Made by a program: the position numbers and the translations under genes. Below are positions 23,066 to 34,956 of a DNA stretch of 64,000 nucleotides, one piece after another. The DNA comes from Anthoceros angustus (Eukaryota > Plantae > Anthocerotophyta). Below the pieces are notes generated by a model that saw only the letters and a list, made by a program, of their open reading frames with translations, ran no database searches and was not told the origin of the DNA. Each line of letters begins with the position of its first letter. Within the stretch, counting starts at the first letter, position 1. The stretch lies in the NCBI GenBank assembly GCA_010909165.1, contig MU008149.1, positions 372,001-436,000 of the forward strand, given 5' to 3'.

Positions 23066-26000
23066 TTAAAACTTGAGGAACCTGCTGACAAAGGAAGACT
23101 TCCTCTGCCGGCCCGCAGCTAGCAGCAAAAGAGCCTCCCGCTCCCGCCGAGTCTCTCTCGCTTCTCGTACCTGCTCCACATCAATGTTGAAAGCTGCTGC
23201 AGCCACCTCCTCCGGGAGCCTCCTCAACACGGAGGTCCTGCCTGCAAGAGCCTCAACAAGCACTACAACAAAATGCTTGGATTTATGACGGGCTCGTAAT
23301 GACGGGTTTCCAGTTGCATTGCTATTGGGGCTTAAAAACCACGGCGCGGCAGATGTATGACGGTTTGGGTTGCACGTCATTGTGCCTGAATGACGGATAG
23401 CCAGCCCATCTTTTTCCATGTCATACCCTCGCAGCCCGGTGCCATGGTTGGCCCCAACAGGTCCGGAAGACCTTGCGGTTGACCGCTTCACCGGTTCAGA
23501 TGCTCACGGCGCATTCCAATCCCCCGCCCCCCCCGCCCCCCATCCGTCCATGCCGTGGCATCTGGATAGCCCAAAAGAGTGCGGCATCGGACGCGGGGTT
23601 TGTCAGAGCATGCTGGTAAAGTCCGTTGAACGGCACTCCGTGCCGTTCAACGGAATGGATGAGAATGACAGACGGCCTTCCGTTGGATTCACGACAATGC
23701 CGTGTCCCGGGCTACGGATAAAACCGTAAGGTCCTTCACCGCTTCGCTGTTCGGCCGCCCCTCCCTTTTCGCACATCGCAATGGATGCTCCACGCAACAA
23801 CCGCCAGATCCCAAGGATTCTCTGCGCTTGCCCAGGCTGCGCCGGTAGCACCCGCGCCATCCGGGCAGACATTGCGGCCCGCCATGAACGCTCTTGGGCG
23901 CGGCTTCTTGCCGAGGTATCGTTTTCCTTTTCCGCCCTACCCCACGCGTACCACCCCACCCAGCGATGGAACCTAACCGCGTATTGTTTTTTGACAGGCC
24001 CGAGCCGACGACCAAGGCCATGAAACTGCCCCGGAATTGGACCTTCCCAACCCGGAGCCGGCGCCGATTCCCCGAGACCAAGCAAGGGCCATTCATCCAG
24101 AACGGGCCGGCATGCCACAGTCGCCGCCATCATCGCCTAGGTCTGACTTTCCAATGGCCGACGACCCCCCAGTGGCCGCCACAGAACACATGGCCAACAC
24201 AATGCAGGAATTGAGAGAGGCGATGGGGGGTGCCGCATGTGACAACCTACGCAAGGCTGCCACAATGCCTATGTGGACAGTCGAGGAGCCCGAACGGGCT
24301 TCCCACACACGGCTGTCTGGGGTTCTTGCATTACTGGCCATCCAGGACCGGTTCAGAATCTCCGACGCGGGCATTAATGCTATTTTCAGCCTCTTGGCGT
24401 CGGACTTCCTCCCCAAGCGCAACACAGTCCCCCGCTCCAGGTCGGAAGTCAAATCAATGCTCCTGCGCGTAGGTCAGAAATGCATCCGCATTGATGCGTG
24501 TGTAGGTGATCGCATCATCGCTGGGGCCCCGCCAAGAAACCGTCTCATGAGTTCTCAAGAGCCCAGTTCCGGCCGGCAGGTCACGATCTGGAAAACGATG
24601 TTTTACTTCCCAATTGTTGATCGACTAAGACGGATGTTTGCGTGCTTGTCCACCGCGGGGCAGCTCACATGGTGGAAAAAGCACCGCAGCACAGATGGGC
24701 TGCTACGTATAATGAGCGACACCCCCGCTTGGAGACAATTGGATGCAGTGGACGGATTCGGAGAGGAGGACAAGAATATTCGTCTGGGCCTAGCAACTGA
24801 CGGCTTCAACCCCAGTGGCCACCGTTCATCGGCTTATACCATATGGCCGGTTCTCCTCCTCATCCATAACCTGCCTCCATGGGTAGCAACCAAACGCCAA
24901 CGTATCCTCATGCCCATCATTATTCCTGGCCCGAAGCAAGTGAAGAACATGGATGTATATATGGCCCCCATGCTCGAGGAACTGCCGACGTTGTGGACGG
25001 GTGTCCCGGCAGCTGACCTTTCCAAACCGGTGGATGACCCAGCTCATTTGTTCACCCTCCGCGCTGCCATTCTACATGCAACTTGCGACTACCCGGGGTT
25101 GGGAGCACTATTTGGGCTACAAGTACGGGGCTACTTGTGCTGCATTGATTGTGGGCACCAGTTAGGCCCCCGCTGGTCCAATGCTCTTGACAAAGTTGTT
25201 GTCGAGGGTCACCGGCATTGGTGTGTAGCTGGAAATGACCCGCGGAGGAAGAGCACATTGAGTCCTTCAACAACCTTCCGGAACGACGACCACCTCCGCT
25301 CCAACAGTCCGTGCAGGATATAGCAGCACAGATGGAAGCATGGGTGAACGCCACCCCTGTTGAGAGGAGCAGCAGTAGGCCGTGGGCCGTGAAGCGCCAG
25401 TCCGCCATTCTTTTCAACCTGCCATACTTACTCCGCAAAACCGGGAGGAAGCGGAAAGAGGAAGGATCCATTTGACGAGGCCGGTGCTAGAGGAAGGGGA
25501 AGCAATCGATGTAGCGGCATCAGAGTGTGGCAAGGAGCAATGAGGATGTAACGGGGGGTTAGAGACCCCGCCAGGTTGAATGTGTGGGCGTTTTTGGGAT
25601 GACCTGTATCTGGCAAGCCGAGTCGGAATGTGTCGGAGCATGCTGACTGGCAGCAGACGAACTGCATAGGCTCTGTTTTGTTTAACGGAGACGCACCAGA
25701 CACCAATCATGCATAACAGTAATATAATCGTTTTTGCCCGATTTAGGCTTGCATCAACGTTATTCAAATCGGGCGGTAGGGCAGATGCTCCCGCAAATGA
25801 ATGACCCGTGGCGGGTAACGCTGGACCCGTGCGCTGAGCTGGTTCGATATGCATCACCAGGCGTATCAAATGTCAGAGCATGTGGGCTGGCTCGGAGGAC
25901 GAATCAGGGAACAAGGGTACGGCAGACGGCCGCAGCCAGGGTCGACCGATAGCTCCCAATGGACGAACAGCGGTGATGGACGGACGGGGACGGACGCCGC

Positions 26001-29000
26001 TCTGGAGCGTCCAACCGGCGTCCAGACGGCCTTCGGCATCGTCCGCAAGAGAGGAGGGGGCCCACCGGAGGTCGGTCATGTCGGAACCGGTCCGCGAGGA
26101 CAGCGGAAGAAGTCCGGTTAGCCCAGCGTTATTGAGGGACCCCGTTCGAGTGGCGTCATTCATTTCGCGAGCACGTTCTTTCAATGACTAGTATTATGAC
26201 AGAAACCCATCCCACCCTCCGTGTCATTAGCAAGCCCGAATCGTGTTTGTCTCATCCATGTCCGCGTCATAAAACTAGACGTTGTGTTGTAGTGAAGGGG
26301 CCTGCAAATGCAAAAGTTCACTCAGATGACGAGATCACCAGATACGATCAGCCTCATCATTGTGCTAGCTAATTGTATAAACAGAGTCTGAGTACGTACT
26401 GGTCGGTGGTGTCGAAGCTGATCCATTCCAAGCCTTCATCGCCAGCCTGAACGCCGTGGGCATGGAAACGGGGAACCACGTATGCGTCACCTTCCCTCAC
26501 TTCCCTATCCACAAGCTGCTCCCCGTTATTGCTGACGATCTGCAGATTAGCGCTGCCCCTCAGGATGTGCACGATTTCATGTCCCGTGGGTGACCACTGT
26601 GGAGCCACGATCGCGTTCTGCACAGGCCAGAAGACATGACTGTTGAAGACCCAGCTGACCAGCTTGAATAGTTCATACCACTCATCGAACAGATACACCC
26701 GACCATCATCCCTTCTCAACCGTCGCACCTCCTCACTCACCTGCACCTACACATGCTCACAAGACTTAGCATACATGACAACAAGAGTAACGTTGAGATG
26801 AAATCTGACTGATCTGTAACAAGGAAAACTATTGTCGTACCTTTGTGCATTTCCTTATGGTATCAGAGCATCAGGATCAGACATGCCACTGAAAGGGTCA
26901 CCTCATGGCTCGTGGCAGGGGAGCCCGTCCATGGGCAAGACCGGCGCATGAGGAACACCGGTCTCCCTAACTACCTTATTCCCCTAACGGTGCTCTACGC
27001 TGCGAATGTAGACCCGTGAAGAGAATCGAACAAGTAGCCACAAATCGAACCAGCAAACCCCTACCTTCGACAACGCGTCTTTGAGGAAGCTCTACCGGAT
27101 TGAAGATAAGGTCCATGTTGAGACCCGCTGCGCAGCTTCCTTGGCATCATTTTGAGAGGCGTAAAGGACCTCCTCCAGCGTGTGAGGTCCCAATCCCAAT
27201 CCATCGTTGTCATCCGGTCTGAGTAAACCCTAACCATGTCCACCGGAGGAGGCGCCCGTGGTGGAAACCGCCGGTAGTCGGCTGTGGCGGGGCGCTGCCG
27301 GAGGTGCAAATCTTGCGGTGGTGCAATGCGATTCGCGGTGGTGCGGCAGCAAACCCTATCGCCCCACACTATGCTAACCTCCGCATAGAAATAAAGGAAA
27401 AGAATAGATTCACGGGTGTAGACTACGATGTCTGGGCTAATCGGATGCAGGGACATCTTGAAGACGCAGACCTATGGACAATAGTCAATGGGTCGGTGCC
27501 CTGCCCTGCAAATGGAACCCCAAACTATGATCAGTGGATAAAATCCGACAGACGAGCCGCAATCTGCTAATTGCCGGCCTCGACAAAAATATGGTTCACC
27601 ACACCTTCGGTGCCTCAACGGCACAAACCATCTGGGAACGCTTCACTCAAATGTTCGAAGCCACCGACGCCCAACACTCCGCCCACTGCCGTAAGGAACT
27701 TCCACAACCTTAAATATAAGGACGGGGAAAGTATCCAGGCACACCTTAGCATCTTCCGCACATTGAGAGCAAGACGCCTCCTGGGACTACCTATGAGGAT
27801 CAGCGCCATAGCCTCCTGACCACATTTCTGACATTTGTGGCAACCCAGAATGCTCTCATGAAGCAGTCTGCACACGCGAAGAAGCTTAAGCTAGGAGAAC
27901 TCATGACCCTCTCGGAGGTCATTGCTGCAATAATTGAGGAGGACTCTGCTAGGGGTCCTTCAAAGAGTGTAGCCCCTGCACAAGCTCTCTTCACCTCACG
28001 TTCTAATGGACAGAGACAGACACGAAACAAGAATTGGCAAAGCAGGAAGGGAGGGGAAGGTTCTTCCCAATCAGGCCCTGCCAACCCCCATCGTAAGGGG
28101 AACTGTAATTGGTGCAGGAAGTTGGGGCACTATGTGCGAGAGTGCTGCAGCAAGCAAGTCGGTGAACCAAGGAAACAAGGTTCCCCAAGTGCTCACCTTA
28201 CACAGAGACCGCCAACAATTCTGATCACCACGCTGACCACCACCACTAGAAGCTGCTCCTCCTGGTACTTGGACAGCGGTGCGTCAGCTCATTGACATTT
28301 TACATGGATAGATGCAAATCAATTAGATTAATAATTACATTATGTATAAAGAAGAAGTACTTACTATATGTGTGTTCAGACAAACCTAGAGCTAACTTAA
28401 CTTGTAGTGAACGGGTGTGACTATACGAAACAACGTAACCCTAGCGAAGAGGTAAGTCTCTTAAGCTACGTACACACTATTTAATATCTGGATATATCTT
28501 GACCCAATCTCATGAGGCTAACATAAATACTTCCTTTACTCCCAATTGTTGGATCATGACGATTTGGACGTCTCCTCTTCGTCTTCTCCTCCGCGGGTAG
28601 CATATGAGACTGTGAAATCAGCTGAGCGTGAAGCCCACCTGTCGGTGTGTACTGGACTACGCCCGCACCTCTAATTCTTTAGAAACGCGATGGAGCGTAT
28701 CTGTGAAACTTTGGAGAGGTGCGCGGCGCTCATTATAGCATTCCTTTATGCTTTGAGTCTTTTATTCTGCAAGCTGCTGGGGCATAAGATCAGTAGGCTC
28801 AGCATGGCGTTCTCTTCAGATGAGTCCGGCTCCTCTCCTACTAAGTGCCGTGTGTATCATCGCGATAGCTTAGGCAGGTTTGTCAGTACTCCTGCTAGAA
28901 CAGCTGCCTCCACTCCGCGTCAAAGACAAGCAGAGATGCCAGCTCCTGCTGCGAGAGGTGGAGGGCGGCCAAGAGGAAGGCCTCGCGGGACTACTAAGGC

Positions 29001-32000
29001 TTTTCTGGAGCAGAGGCGCCTGGGGACAGTATCCTCTCATAAGAATGTCGGTTCTTCTAGCATGGCATCCCCTTGCAGGACTGCCACGCCTGAGGAACAC
29101 ATGTTCACCAGAGACGCCAGTGATAAAATTCGCTTCAAAGCAGGTGAGTTTGAATACGCCGAATCTGACTACCGCCCAGCTGTGCCGCTTAAGTTTCCTG
29201 TGCCAGCAGACTCTGATGATGAGACAAAGATTGTGAGCCTTGGCTCCATCGCCATTCCATGCACTCCTTTGTGGTACAAGTGTCTGTATACCCGACTGAG
29301 GATGGTTCGTGTGAGGGTTGAGCACTGCCGTGAATACGAGAGGCATGTCGTCAGCTACTACCGTGAGTACCACACCGTAATATGTCAACATCCCAGTTTG
29401 TTCTTTCCACTTTCCTAATTGCTCCCACTTGCTGTGCAGGTTCTGAGGCCAGACTTGAAGATGAGCATAGCTTGGAAACTAAAGAGCATATCTCTTATTC
29501 AGAGCCCAGGAAGGAGGCAGAAGGGAAGTTGGAAGCCGCCCTAGCAAGGGTAGGGGCGAAGCTGACAGGGGCAGGCGGCATCTCAGCAAGGCCCAGCGAG
29601 ACCTTGAAGACGAGAAGGACCTCCTACGAAAGAAGTTAGTTGCCATGGAGCAACGGAGGAGCATTACAAGGGAAAGTACGTGACTTGGTGAAAGAACGAC
29701 AAGGATGGGACAATGTGACCAAGGGTCACAAAGAGGAGCTTCGACACGAGAGAACTTTTGGAGCAACAACGAAGAAGGCCGACGACCTTACCCACGCCTA
29801 TGAGACAGAGGCAAGGAACTGCCGGAAGGAAGTTTTGATGGCCCAACGATCTTTGGAGGGTCTTCAGGTCATTCGAGGAAGCGGAGGTAGCCATAGTGAA
29901 ACACATGGCAATGGAAGCCATGGAGAAAGATAAGGAGATTGGGAGATTAGCCCTGGAGTTGGAGGGAGCGATAGTGGAGAAAGAGGCCGCATTGGTAGGA
30001 GTGGCACAACAGGCCAGGTGGGACGAGTGTGTCATCCCGCTAAGGGTCCGCATCATGGACGCACAAAAGAAGGAGAGTGGTAGGGTTTAGGGTTTAGGGT
30101 TTATGGTCACCAGGCGCTACCAGGCAGAGTCATGGTAAAGACTCCCTGGAGGTGGATAAGGCTAAGCGACCCGTCGAGGGGGAAGACATTGAAGGCAAGG
30201 CGAACAAAAGCGTGACGTGGGGACGTCGGTGGGACCTTTTCAAGAGGACGTTTGTCCCAAGTGGTGCACACCTTGGGAAGTGTGAGTATTTAAGAGTGGC
30301 GGCGATAGACTAGGATATTCCGGTCAAGGTGAGTCAATGGTGAGAGGATAAGCGGAAGGGGTGACAAGAGTCCTATTGTTGGACTTGGCAAGTCGCCTAG
30401 CATTAAAGCGCACGAGTGACTAGTCGACTCCCCACCTATAAAAGGGAGGGTGGGAGAATGAATAAACACCGGACCTTGCTTTGCTATGCATTCTTCGCCT
30501 CCCGCATTCCTTTGTGTCTGTGGCCGTCGTCAGCGGCGAAGGGTGAGGTTCGGTCGGAGGCCCTCGCGGCGGGTTCGCTCGACGCAGGCCCCTCCTCTCG
30601 TGAAAGATTGTTGTTGGATGTGCTTTGTGCTGCTGTGGGTTGGCCACTTGCAGGGTGACTAGCGCTCGACTACGCTCGCGCCAGGTGTTCGTGCACGGCA
30701 ATCGGCCCGGGAGAAATACCCAGCTAGTCGCCACCCCAGGCAGATGTGCCGCAAGGGAGGCGTGCAAACTGGTGAACGTTACGAGTAGAGTTAGATTTAG
30801 GGATCGAATGAAGTGGGCTTGAATGGGATTGTTCGCGAGTTATGTTTATGTTGAGAGTAAATTGATCGGTTGCGGGTGTGTCGTTGTAGAGTGAATTGAT
30901 CGGTTGCGGGTGTGTCGTTGTAGAGTGAATTGATCGTTGTAGTTGGCATAGGAGAGTGTTGAGAAGTAAGGAATCCTGGAAGGCGTGGAGCGGGGGCCGA
31001 TAACCCAAAACGCACACGTCATGCAGCGAGGACAAGTAGACCGGGGCGGGAGTATGAGAACGAGAGAGTGAGAGGAACGACTCGCAAACAATCCGAACCA
31101 AATCTCTTGGGATCGAACCTACGTATTCAACGACCGTGGGATAAGTGTGGCCACCGAGGCGAGTTCCGGGTGACCGGGGCTAACCTACCACAGAGAGTGA
31201 GTATGGAGCATTGTCAAAGGCAGGAAGAGAGGTCATTCATTGTAGACAGATCCTTAAGGATCTCGACTATGATCAGTCCGACCCTACCATCCTACACTGT
31301 GATAACACAGCTGCGATATCTTTGACAGAGGGTGACAGATTCCATGCTAGAACCAAGCATATAGAAGTAGCCTATCACTTCATCAGGCACTTGGTAGCCA
31401 AGAGCATTGTAAAAATGGTCTATGTCCCCACAGAGTCCAACCTCGCAGACATGCTCACAAAGTCAGTACCTAGGATCCGTCATTAATCACTTACAACATC
31501 CCTAGGACTGGTGGACACTGCAAGCAAGGAACATTCATGAGATGAGATGGCTTGAAGGCGGGCGAGTGTTGAAGACCTGACAGCTTGAATACCATACCAC
31601 TCATCGAATGTAGACACACCACGGCCGGCTTGAGCAGTTCATACCACTCATCGAATGACACACCACGGCCGGCTTGAGCAGTTCATACCACTCATCGAAC
31701 AGACACACCCTGACCAGCTTGAACAGTTCATACCACTCATCGAACAGACACACCCAACCATCATCCCTGCTCAACCGTCGTACCTCCTCACTCACCTGCA
31801 CCTACACATGCTCACAAGACTTAGCATACATGAGAGCAAGAGTAACGATGAGATGAAATCTGACTGATCTGTAACAAAGAAAACTACTGATATGTAACAA
31901 AGAAAACTACTGTCGTACCTTTGTGCATTTCCTTAACGACACGATCTCGTCATGAGTGAGAGAGCTCGAGAGTACTGCAGCTGGAAAGCATTCATGGATG

Positions 32001-33108
32001 GGTTATGAGCCTGAGGTATACGCTCTCGAGACGGCCGTATGTCAGTCCCAGGTCCACAGCCTTGAGGATAGGCAGCTTGAACCTGTTCACGCTGTTGTAC
32101 AAACCAGCGTCGCGGACGCGAACATCAGCGGATCCTTCGCGAACGTTGTACACGAACTCCCCGTTAGCAAGGTACTCGCGGAGATCGGGGTCGGCCCGCT
32201 CGGCAGATCGTGCGTCGCTGCGGCCCTCTTCCCTGTTGGCCGATTCCGGGACCCTGATCTCACGCTCCACCAGCACAATACCAGCGCCCCTCTGGCTCTC
32301 CAAGAGTTCGTCCACTCGGCTCTCGTCTAGGTCCCAGGCATCAGCCAGGAATTCCCTCCTGAAGCCGTGGAGGATTCCTCTGAATTCCTCCTGCCCACGC
32401 TCCTCACGCGCATGGCCCCGTTCCCGCCTGCTACCGTCGCTTCCGCTTCCGCCGCCGATCAGATGGAACGCCTGCAACAAGACTTGATGAGATGACAAAT
32501 GCGCTGAGTTTGTGGACTTGAGGCAGCTTGCGTCCACTTACAGTGAAGACACCGTCCTGTGAAGCAGATATGTCCGCGATGCCCAGGATGCGGAGTTCTT
32601 CCTTCCCACTGTTGTACCACCAGCCAGCGACTCCTCGGGGGAAGGCAACGACATCGCCACGCCTCACACGCCGAACTCCAGATAACTCACCCAAGGAGTA
32701 GCCGCTCAGAATCCCCACAATGCCCTTTCCTGCGCCAGCAGCGACAGTTGCAGGCAGCATTGTCAAACCAACGTGCTCGTGCTGCAGGAGCATTGATCGA
32801 GACGAGATCAATGCATCACATTACCACAAGGCAGGAGTTTCCTCACACCCACCTTCCTCAACGTATCCGATGGCAGCGGAATCAGCGTAGCGGGGCAGGA
32901 GCAGGCCGCGCTGCCTGAGAGTGACCCTGGCTCCTGCAACATTGGCGTCTCTCAGGGCCCGAAGGTCCCACTGTTCCAGCCGTCCTCCGTCTGTCCGGAG
33001 GATCTCTTGCGGCTCTTGAAGCTGCAGCTCCTCACGCTCAGCGCTCGCCAAGGATGCCACCAGGAGCAGGCCCAAGACCAAAGCCAAAGCTGAAGCTGAG
33101 CGACCCAT
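23066..33108 (-). CDS. 11S globulin/legumin-like bicupin with signal peptide; 5 exons (33108-32853, 32729-32542, 32471-32022, 26617-26400, 26301-26295 plus 23257-23066), ~436 aa; exon 5 interrupted by CACTA, so probably a null allele
   Basis: Hydrophobic leader MGRSASALALVLGLLLVASLASA; GLLLPRY; GDVVAFPRGVAGWWYNSG; beta-chain motifs LPILK, NAIVAPQW, AGDEGLEWISFDT and LAGRTSVLRRLPEEV. All introns are GT-AG and the exons total 1311 nt in frame. Confidence 0.92.
23261..26294 (+). mobile_element. CACTA/En-Spm DNA transposon (deleted derivative, ~3.03 kb), TSD AAG
   Basis: TIRs CACTACAACA (23261) and TGTTGTAGTG (ends 26294). AAG at 23258-23260 and 26295-26297. atgacgg-type subterminal repeats. Confidence 0.97.
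24037..25440 (+). pseudogene. TnpD-like (Transposase_21) transposase fragment
   Basis: RIDAC, YFPIVDRLRRMF, NIRLGLATDGFNP, IWPVLLLIHNLPPW, IIPGPKQ, TCDYPGLG and FNLPY are present. The C-terminus is missing. Confidence 0.9.
28293..28538 (-). repeat. 3' LTR of a nested, truncated A-related Copia (element D)
   Basis: Begins TG exactly where the protease of C stops. Ends ttccttta followed by ctcccaattgttggatcatgac, matching the LTR/PPT junction of A (ttccttca ctcccacttgttgatcatgac). Confidence 0.75.
28804..30230 (+). CDS. Spliced antisense extra gene of element D: AT-hook-like exon 1 (28804-29362), 77-nt intron (29363-29439), coiled-coil exon 2 (later frameshifted and deleted)
   Basis: GRPRGRPRG motif. 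GTGAGT donor, CTAAT branch-like site and TGCAG acceptor; splicing joins the 28690 ORF in frame with SEARLEDEH...KLEAALARVG. Confidence 0.7.
30081..30103 (+). repeat. Interstitial plant telomere repeat (TTTAGGG)n
   Basis: tagggtttagggtttagggttta. Confidence 0.8.
30860..30945. repeat. 34-bp tandem repeat (~2.5 copies) in an LTR-like block at 30280-31185
   Basis: aattgatcggttgcgggtgtgtcgttgtagagtg duplicated. Confidence 0.85.
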
Positions 33109-33165
33109 GGTGCAGGACACTGGCAGCCAGGTTCGAATACCCCATGAAAGAAGCAGCAGAGCCGA

Positions 33166-33448
33166 GAAGCATTTGTACTACTGGTGGGTGGCAGGGGCGG
33201 ATATGGCAAATGCATCAACATTCAGTCTCACTGGGGCAACACTGTCAGTTTACCACCTTGGGATCCATTAAAAGTTCCAAGGGACGCCCACTCACGCTGC
33301 GGAAGCATTTGTACTACTGGTGGGTGGCAGGGGCGGATATGGCAAATGCATCAACATTCAGTCTCACTGGGGCAACACTGTCAGTTTACCACCTTGGGAT
33401 CCATTAAAAGTTCCAAGGGACGCCCACTCACGCTGCGGAAGCATTTGT
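33166..33448. repeat. 136-bp perfect tandem duplication in the cupin proximal promoter/5' region
   Basis: gaagcatttgt starts at 33166, 33302 and 33438. Confidence 0.95.
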
Positions 33449-34956
33449 CGCATATCCTATACAGGCAATTTTGAGTACTCGTTCATGCACCTGCTCAATG
33501 GCCTGCGCCTTCGTCATGATTCACAGCTTCCAAGTTCCGACAGTTCCGAGTACGCTTAACTCGTGGTAGGCACCTGGTGCGGCGCTTACACATCGCTCAG
33601 GCCTGTGTGGAGGGCGTAAAGCCTGAAAATCTTTGGGGATCGTCTCAGCATCGGGATTGCAAAACCCTTTACCTCTCACAGCCTCACAACGCAATGAGTT
33701 CGTCCATACGTTCCCCTAGCTCTTATACGAGCCCTCACACGGAGTTCCTTCCAGCACAAAATGCTGCACCGAGTGGACGAGACCAGGCAAACAGGCAAAC
33801 CAGGTTTCCTGACTGTTTAGGTTTCGAGCCAAACAATAGACCTTCTCATTTCAGATTTTCTTGAAATAGGCCAGGTAATACATCTACAAGAGGTATTTCA
33901 GTAGGGGCATGTGGCCTATTTTCCTGATCAGGGTTTCGTGGATCATGTTCAAAGACACAGGCACGCTTAGGCTCCAAGTTCTCCAAGATTTAGAATTAAA
34001 GGTCTGGACTCCAAGGAACATGGTATGGGGTTATCAGCTCCTGGGCACGTTTTTATCTGAGTTCTGACCAAAACATCCAAGATCCTCAAGCCGATTGGAT
34101 TTATACCAGGTGCTGGACTCCTGGAGTGGCCCCCGCTGTGGATACTGGGAGTCGACTGATTTCCTGGATGGCTGCAGAGTGCAGACTCTGCAGTCTGCAC
34201 CTAGGCAGTGCAGCAAACGACAAGAAACAGTGGCAGCAACTGGAGGCTGGCAGTACCCTTGCGGCGGCAGATGAGATCAGGAGCAACGAGATAATGTATA
34301 AAGTTCAGACTGCACTGTACAGGATCCCCTGCTATGGGATTCAAAAACCTGGGTTGAACGGTGGTGGGAGCACATCACCCTGATTTTTATGAGAGATTCG
34401 ACTTTGATCTGATCGACAAAGAACAGTGAGCATGATTAGTCAAAAGATTGGACGCTACAGCTCTGTCCCTGACGCTATTTCACTTACCATGTATAGGACA
34501 CAAAGATGTCAAGGACAACTGCACCTGACAGGCAATCAGAGACATGACTTTTCATTCCGACAATATTTAGAACAGAGTATTGTCCGGACCCACATCCGCA
34601 ACGTGACTTCAGAAGCAGACAAAATATAAACTGTTAAGTCGGTTGCAATCGCTACAATGCATATGATAGGCCACATTTTACTCATCAAATTTAGCCAGTA
34701 CCACAATCCAATCACTGTTGACAAGATGCAACGCAATCCCAGATCTCAATCGCAGATTGCCCTGCAGGTGACAACCAGCTCCTTGTTCCACCAACCAGGA
34801 TGTACAGTTCGGTGTGGACAAACAGTGCAAGACTGACAGTGCTGATGAGTGATTTTCAGGTAATTAAACGTCGACGAAAGCATGGACAACCCATCGCTTC
34901 TAGGATACGAAGAAGGTTGGATGGCATGTCCTTTTCTACACTCTCCTCTACCGGAC

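Larger units (their letters stand above)
26641..31935 (+). mobile_element. Copia element C in intron 3 of the cupin gene; LTRs 26641-26857 and 31567-31935 (TG...TA); INT/RT replaced by foreign fragments
   Basis: PBS tggtatcagagc at 26858. PPT gaaggcgggcgag before 31567. TSD atgac/acgac. Gag RFTGVDYDVW, knuckle CNWCRKLGHYVREC, protease WYLDSGASAH, RNase H CDNTAAI...TKHIEV...ADMLTK. Confidence 0.93.

Noticed and set aside
23261-23491. Upstream part of the 141-aa ORF as cupin coding sequence
   Set aside because: It is read-through from the CACTA terminus. Only the part below 23260 is exon.
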